From the NCBI RefSeq assembly GCF_009914755.1, contig NC_060935.1: a DNA stretch of 64,000 nt; one strand, given 5' to 3'. Source of the DNA: the human T2T-CHM13v2.0 reference genome, Homo sapiens. A model generated the notes under the pieces. That model saw only the letters and a program-made list of their open reading frames with translations. It was not told where the DNA came from and searched no databases. Of this stretch, positions 49,509 to 64,000 are shown piece after piece; the stretch's first letter is position 1; the number at the start of each line of letters is the position of its first letter. The position numbers and the translations under genes are program-made.

Positions 49509-49786
49509 TAAGGTTTTACCCAGGCCACTAAGATCAAAGCATGGTAGTTATGTTGCATAATTTGAGGAGCGCCATTCACATTGTATTCTATGTGAATAGA
49601 GCCCTTGGAGTTCTCCACACAGATCTGCTCCAAGGGCAAGGGCCACATTTCCCTTTGACACCCAGGTAAAACTTATTCCATAAAGGCTGCTCAGCCAGAA
49701 TGAACTGAGACATGTTAGTGGAGTAGTTAGAGGGGACTGTCATTCCTGTGTTCTTCCTCAAGGTTCCTAGGCCACAGAGAACTCAC

Positions 49787-49928
49787 CCACATCAATGTAG
49801 CCAGTGGGCACTGCCCTCTCCAGCTGTAGTTCTACTTTCAATTGCCCACTCTTGTCCTGAGGGCAGCCGAGCCAAGGTCTCCTTGGACTATCTGGGTTTA
49901 GCAAGTTCTCTACAGGATACTTGGGATC
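49787..49928 (-). CDS. XNDC1N: XNDC1N coding exon 2
   Basis: Acceptor ctcttacttag|gat and donor tgg|gtgagt. 142 nt encoding DPKYPVENLLNPDSPRRPWLGCPQDKSGQLKVELQLERAVPTGYIDV plus 1 nt. Confidence 0.92.
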
Positions 49929-50291
49929 CTAAGTAAGAGAGGAGGAGAAAATCAGGAATCTCACTGCGCCCAAGGGAAAAAGGATGCCCATGAATGAGGG
50001 ATCGCTAAAACCCCAAACCTTCCCAGTCATCCTAACATGATAGAAAAGGCACCAGATGGGAGGCCATAGGAATACTGTTATCATGTGCCAAGTGGTTTAC
50101 AGATACCATTTTTCTCTATCCCATTTACCAGATGACCTCCTTTAATCTTCATAACAATTCTTAGGTGGTTACTATTATTACTTCCAAGTTAACAGATCAA
50201 TACTGAAGCTGAGAGGTTCAGAAACTTACTGAAGGCCATAGGCTAAATAACCAAGCAAAGCAGAATTTCCAGGTTTCGGAAAGCAGAGCTC

Positions 50292-53490
<3,199 letters not shown>

Positions 53491-54196
53491 AAGGATCTCC
53501 TTGAAATGTGTGGGGATGTTTTTGACTGTCACAATGACTAAGAAGCCTGGGGGCCAGGGATGCTAAGTATCTCATCATGCAAATAATATTGCTACAAAAT
53601 ACAGACTTATGGCCCCAAATGCCAATGGCACCCCTTGAGAAAGACCAGGATAACAGAAGGGAAAGAGGTGGAGTAGGAGTAAATAGAGCAGTGACAGGAG
53701 AGGAAAGGGTGGGAAGTCCCTCAGAATCACCACATCAGATCAGGCCTGGTCTCAGGGCCTAGGATCTAGCTCTAATTGGGATATTGTAGAACTTTTAGGA
53801 AGGAGGCTGAGATCACACTTGATGCTGGTGGTAACCTCACAGGTCTGGGATTACCTCAAGTGTCCTACCCTGTTCTAAATGATAGAATGATCAAACTCCC
53901 CTTCTGAGGATCCTGGTGCAGTTTCTGGGCTTACAGCTTTGCCAGTGCCCTTCAAACTGGGCGGAATCCTGAGGGTGCTGCTTTCTGTACTTTCAACTTC
54001 TGAGAAGACTTCTTTTGCGCATCCTGCACTTCTGTGGGAACAACCTGAGGGCAAGAGCTGTTTCTTCTCTTAGACTCTGAACTCACAATGTCTCTTCTAT
54101 TAGATTGGGAGTTTCCTGAAAGTGGAGCCAAGACTCCTATTTTTTTCACTCCTTTCAGTTATTAAGAAAACAAATCATGCCTGCTGATTAATATAC

Positions 54197-54241
54197 CTGA
54201 GAAGAAAATGATACCACATGGCTGATCTTCACAGGAGCCAT
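54197..54241 (-). CDS. XNDC1N: XNDC1N first coding exon (exon ~54197-54255)
   Basis: Strong Kozak gcccaccATGG, [15 protein letters not shown], donor cag|gtatat. Acceptor gaaacag| at 54257-54256 implies a non-coding exon further upstream. Confidence 0.92.
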
Positions 54242-54367
54242 GGTGGGCCCAGCAGCTGTTTCAAGTACAAGACAAAAATGCTTCCTCTCAAGATTTCTTC
54301 TGTCACTACTTTGGCACTGACTATGTGTTAGCTTCCAGAAAAGCAAGAATCCTCACATTACTCCTGA

Positions 54368-58471
<4,104 letters not shown>

Positions 58472-59253
58472 TCATGGCTACATATAATTATTAAAAATGG
58501 ACTGGGAGAACACAAGCTAATTCTAATTCATAATAGTTGCTTCTGGAGAGGATGAGAGGGTAATAGGCTTGAGAGTAGAAAAAACAGGTAAGTTTAACTT
58601 TTATTGTATTATCTAGCTTTTAAAAAATAAGCAAATAAATCATAATGCCAGTAGTCAATTTAGGGTGATGGGTGTACAGTATTTACAATATTCTCCGTAT
58701 TAAGTGTCACAAAATAAAAATGATTATTTTTAAGTAAATGGGATGCCTGTGGATGATGTAGATAATTCCCTGTAATTTTCTGTTGGTCCCAATGTAAAGC
58801 TGACTTTTCTAGACGTTCTGTGGGCTCACAGGCCATCCTAGTTCCATTCACCAGACAGATCCAGGCGGACGCCCAGAGGCGTGTGAGCTGGGGCTACAGG
58901 CTTGCAAGGTATCGAGTTCACCGGCTGCTGAAAAATCAGTTATGAAGGTATACGTAGGGGTGGGACAGTGAATGGTGTATAAAAAGGAGGGTAAGGCAGA
59001 AGCTGGGGCCGCAGGATGTGGGTTAGAAAAGTGTGCCGAGGTGTGTGAACTGGCATGACAGCCTAAGTAAGACGCGGAATGTGGGTGCCCTGGAGGTCCC
59101 GCAAGGCTCTTCAGCTCTCAGTTTCGGGAGCTCAAGCCGCACCGCTGCTTTCACAGCTCATCGGGAACAGGCTGCTCAGTTCATTTCCTTGATGGCCACC
59201 CTCCTCCCTCTCGGCCACTCCCCTCCCCATCAACAAATCCCAACGCCCCTCAC

Positions 59254-59450
59254 CCGGGACCGTGGACCTCGAGGAGCCACCGTTGCCTCGGATCTCGGAC
59301 CACCAAACCTATTCTCCCGCCAATTCGGCCTTCTGACCTTCGCCTTCTGACCCCGAGAGCTACTCTTCCGTCTTCCGTAGCACAGGAATGCGTTCTGGGG
59401 CTTCAAGAAGCTGCTGTTTTTGAAAATGAGTCCTACCGAGGCAAGATGGC
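59254..59450 (-). other. Candidate non-coding first exon of XNDC1N
   Basis: Minus-strand donor cgg|gtgagg at 59253 inside the CpG-rich region. The 5' end is not determinable from sequence. Confidence 0.35.
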
Positions 59451-59950
59451 AGGTGCTGCAGCCAGGAAAATACATTTCCGTGTGTTTTAATATTTATTTT
59501 CACTCACTACAACTCTTTCGTGGAGGGAGCGGAATTTAAACTTCCGGGTCAGCCTCAGTGCAGCTTGGGAAACGTAGTTCCTAGTCCCCACGTCTCGCTC
59601 CTTGGAGCCCAGACTGAGGGAGCGTCGCGAAAGTTGCCCGTTTTGGAACGCTCCCATTTGGCTCTCCAAAGGGAAGAATTGGTTAAATAGTTGCACTGAA
59701 AATAATGCGATTCAAATTTCTCATTTTCCAAGAACGCTCCCTTGCTGAAGCTTGCAAGGGCACGGTACTCCCCTCTCCTTGACCCTGAAACGTGCAGCAA
59801 GTAGATAACCTCCTGATCCCTGACAGTCTCCGCCTGTGTTGATGCCCCGCCCCCTCTGCTGGAGTCCGAGCCGCCGATTGGCTAGGAGCACTTGAGCAGC
59901 GGAAGCAGCTGGCTCGCGCGGGGACTGCGGTGAGGGGGCGAGCCGTGAAG

Positions 59951-60013
59951 ATGGCGGCAGTGGTGGAGGTGGAGGTTGGAGGTGGTGCTGCTGGGGAACG
60001 GGAGCTGGATGAG
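59951..60013 (+). CDS. RNF121: RING finger protein 121, coding exon 1 (gene continues beyond the window)
   Basis: aagATGG start, MAAVVEVEVGGGAAGERELDE, donor gag|gtaagc. Recognised as the RNF121 N-terminus. Confidence 0.92.
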
Positions 60014-61660
60014 GTAAGCGGAGTTGAGAGACGAGGAGAGACTCAACCTGAGACTGAGGGGAGGGGCAGTGAGGTATCGGGAGGTGGGGGTCTTAGGAGA
60101 GAAGGGAAAGATCCTGAGAGGGAAGGAGCTGACTAGGGGGCGGGTGCGTGGAGAGCGAAGTCAGAGGCACTCCTGACTTGGGGACTCCGAGGCGGCCTTG
60201 GGAGTAGAAGACTTGCATTAGCCTCAAGGGTGAAGATGGAGGACAGAGAGAGAGGTCGGAGGGGTGGGGGTGTTAAGATTTTGTGATTACTAGCTGGGTG
60301 TCTTAGGGTAGGACCGAAGGGCTAAGAGGTAGTTTGAGTTGGAGGGACGTGAATTTCTTCAGGGGAAGGCTGGGCTTCTACTGTGGGAGAGGACTCTGTC
60401 TAAGCCTAGGGTGGGGGTTGGGGACACAGACCGGGAAAGAGTGCTAATCCACTAGTAGTATAGCTTTGAGTTATCTTAAAGTTGGAACTGTTTTATTTAT
60501 CGTTCCATTCTAAGACTTTGTATCTAATGCATGCTCAGTAAAGTTTTGGCCAACGAATGAAGGAACAAGTGGATGAATAAATGATTGTATGCCGGAATTC
60601 ATGCATTTATTCACTTAATAAACATTATGACTTTTGCTCCGGGTTCTGGGCCAGGTGCTAGGGAGACAAGGGGCCCCTCCGTTGAAGAGCCCACAGTCTA
60701 GTGGTGGGAGACAGACAAGAAGACTAGTCATTGCATTAGAGATATAATGGTGGCACTGAGAAGTGTGCAACATTTCAGCTTGGGATAGGGAAGGCTTCCC
60801 GGAGTTGCTGAGTTTTAAACGATAAATAAGTGTCTCTCTCTTCTTCTGGATTTATGAGTTCCTTGAAGGTGAGCTCCTTGAGATTGTATGTTCCCTTTAC
60901 CTATCTAATAGGCATTTAAAGACTGGTGTATTAAATTACCAGTGGTCCTTGAAGGAATCACTAGGAGGAAGGAGATGTTGAGTGTGAAAGGAATGAAGGG
61001 ACAGGGCAGAGAAGCAGAGACAGAGGTGAAAAGATTCTGAAGCCATGGAGACATTGATAGCTAGTGGTGTTTGTGATCTTGCACATGCCAGCATATGGAC
61101 AAAGACATCACAGGAATAGGAGGAAGGGGATTGGTTGTCAGAGATAGAACCAGTGAGATCTCTGAGGGGTCAGAATCTTAGAGGCCCCTTGCTGTGTGTT
61201 GGGTGTGGGAAGAGTGGGGAGGATTGGGGATGATTGAAGATGAGGTTCAGAGAAAGGGAGAAGTGGACTTGGGAAGCAATAAGACTGTTGCCTGGTAGTG
61301 GGATGAGTTGGAGGAGTTGGATTACCTGATTGGGATCATTAAGGTGGGAGGAAGGGACTGAGAAATTGACAGGTGATCACAGCAGGGGGATTTTTAAAGA
61401 AGTGTTGTAGTCTTCTACCTCCCAATCACTAAGACTACAGGTGTTTGGATACCAGTTGGTTGGTTAGGTGGAGTGGTTGTGGAAATGACCTCCAAGACCC
61501 CTTCTAGCTTTTACATTTCTGTGATTACAGTTGGCTGTGGTTCAGTGAGATATATTTGAAGACACTTTGGAAAGGGTAAATACTGTATTGAAGTTCTTAT
61601 TTAAGGTTTGTTAGTCATGGGCTCTCCCTTGAGACAATTACGTATATCTCAAAGCTGTAG

Positions 61661-62023
<363 letters not shown>

Positions 62024-63089
62024 AGAAAATAACATTTTCATTAAGACATGTTTGATTTTTGTTTCTTAGCTTTTCTTTATTGCTTGAAGGACTTGAGAGT
62101 GTCTAGTAGTATAATAGACTTTACAGAGTATCATGCATAGGAGTTAACTTTATATGAAACCACTAGCATTCATTCCAGGAACCTTGTTACTTGTTTCATT
62201 TCCTGAGAAAAGGTATAATCTGTTGTCTGGAAATTCCGTGTGGACTGGTTCTATCTTTTTTGTTGTTGTATGTTTGAGAAAGTAAGCTCTGAGAAGCAGA
62301 ACAGTCATCCCTTCAAGCTCCAAAAATAACAGAGGTCTGGTCTGGCAGACCTTAGTTGGTATTCAAGTTTCTACTAATGTCTCCCCAGCTGTTTCTTTGC
62401 AGCCTTAGCTTGTGAAAGAGCAGGTGAAATCCGTCTTTAATATGTAATTATGGGGTCTACTGTGTGTTATGCACTGATAATTCAAAGATGAGTAAGACAG
62501 GATCTTTACCAATTTACAGTCGAGTGAAGAGACATGCAAATAGCGTATTATAATACTAGATAATTGCTGTAATGGAGGCATGTAACAAATGCAGTGGGGC
62601 ACAAGAGATCAAGCACTTGAGTCAGCTAGGGGGAGTCAGTAAAGTCTTTATGATAGAGATGGGTTTGAGCTGAAAAAGGTTGGGTTTACAAAAGAGCAGT
62701 GGTTTACATGTGGCATTAATATTGCCCCCTGTGTAGCACTTTCTGTTTTATTGATAGACTCTAATGTGGAGCCGAGATTATAATTGGGTAATGGGTAGCC
62801 TGGCTAAGATGGAGTTGGTGTACTTTTCTACTTCTTTGGAAAGAAGTTACACGCTGTGTATATTCAGGATATTATACCTATGTTTTCCAATATTAGATGC
62901 CATTAGCATGATACGTAGTCTGGAATGGCATTCATTCATATTCCTTTTCTCTTTTTTTGTCTGGTTTCATTAATACTTTCTCTAGAAGTTGAGACGTAAT
63001 TTAGGCTTTCCTAATGGCTTCTTTCTTTAGAGGGATAAATAGAAAAGAGGGTTTAGGAAAAGAGCTACCAGTAGAAAAGGCTACTATTT

Positions 63090-63620
63090 ATTCAGCTCTT
63101 AACCATACACCAGCCTCTGTTTAAAACCCTTTACCTGCATCATCTCATTTATTATTAACAGTAGGCATGTGAATTAGATGGAGTTAACCCCATTTTATAA
63201 ATGAAACTGAGGCTAGAGAGGCTAAAGAACTTTCCTAGGATTCCACAGTTTGTGAATGGGGAAGTACAGCTTCTGATCCAGGCCTGCCTGTGCTATATGG
63301 AGCTTAGCCCATGCTATACTGAGCACCTGGGTTCCATTTCTTACTCCACTATTTGTGCTCTAGGGGGTGGGAACTTTAAAATTGTATCGTCTTAATCATC
63401 TCATGTAAAAATTGATACCGTATATTTGATAAGTGGCTGTGATTCAAAAGAGCATTTTGAATCTCACATTTGTGAGGAAGGTTTTATTAGTATTCCCTAT
63501 TTGTGATTGAGGAAGCTGAGGTTCAGAGGATTTGAGATAGGCCAAGAGTCTTGAGGCTACCAAGTGGTGTCACAAAGATTTAAACCCATGTTTCCAGATT
63601 CCAGAGTGTTTGTTTCCCTT
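63090..63620. mobile_element. Two MIR fragments
   Basis: cccattttataaatgaaactgaggctagagagg and gaggaagctgaggttcagagg MIR core motifs. Confidence 0.65.
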
Positions 63621-64000
63621 CATTTTAAAGACCCAAACTCTTTTCTTTGTGTATAAAATTTCCATTTTCAAAACATAAAGCAGCATGTCATCCCTGAGGG
63701 GATCAAAATGAGGGTTAACCAAAAGAATATTGGTTTTTCCATACAGGTCCTTTAACTTACTGATAACTGGTGGATTCTGCTGAACCCCTTTTCAGGAGGA
63801 ATGATTAGCCTGTTGGTAGTTAGGGAGAGGAGAGATGGGCCTAGCCAGCTCAGCTCAGGTATTAAACTGGCCATGATGACTGCCTAAGCTCAGTTCTGTC
63901 TCTCAGCCTGCCAAAGTACAGCATGCTTGAGATGCTAGTAGGATAAGATGTGGGTACCAGTTAGGTGGCCCAAAAGCCAATCTACTCCTGGAGCTAGTGA

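Larger units (their letters stand above)
59000..60250. promoter_or_regulatory. CpG-rich bidirectional promoter shared by XNDC1N (-) and RNF121 (+)
   Basis: High CpG density. ETS acttccgg (59540). ZNF143/THAP11-type ACTACGTTTCCCAAGCTGCAC on the minus strand (59558-59578). GC box 59844-59853. Reverse CCAAT 59877-59881. YY1-type aagatggcggc at the RNF121 ATG. Confidence 0.8.

Noticed and set aside
59930-60136. 68-aa ORF starting at GTG
   Set aside because: The real start is ATG 59951 and the exon ends at the donor after 60013.

Overview
Human (great-ape-type) genomic DNA. I recognise it as the 11q13.4 DEFB131B - OR7E - XNDC1N - RNF121 interval. The left ~44.3 kb is an OR7E/beta-defensin segmental-duplication mosaic. 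It holds a two-exon beta-defensin (DEFB131B, +), two OR7E pseudogenes, a solo HERV-K(HML-2) LTR5, long palindromic ~75-80 bp SATR satellite arrays, and two copies of an LTR-less HERV-E gag-pro-pol cassette embedded in that satellite. At ~44300 the satellite is joined abruptly to a 5'-truncated Alu and Tigger1. Beyond that point the DNA is Alu-dense and lies outside the satellite mosaic. It carries four intact exons of an XRCC1-N-terminal-domain gene (XNDC1N, -) head-to-head with RNF121 exon 1 (+) at a bidirectional CpG promoter. The most striking observation is that the XNDC1N frame can be closed by a 31-kb splice onto the antisense strand of DEFB131B exon 2. This gives a 234-aa ORF whose last 41 codons overlap the defensin CDS codon-for-codon, i.e. 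a breakpoint-born chimeric gene that overprints a defensin. Gene names come from my recall of the proteins, not from a search. Repeat boundaries and subfamily calls are by eye and approximate.
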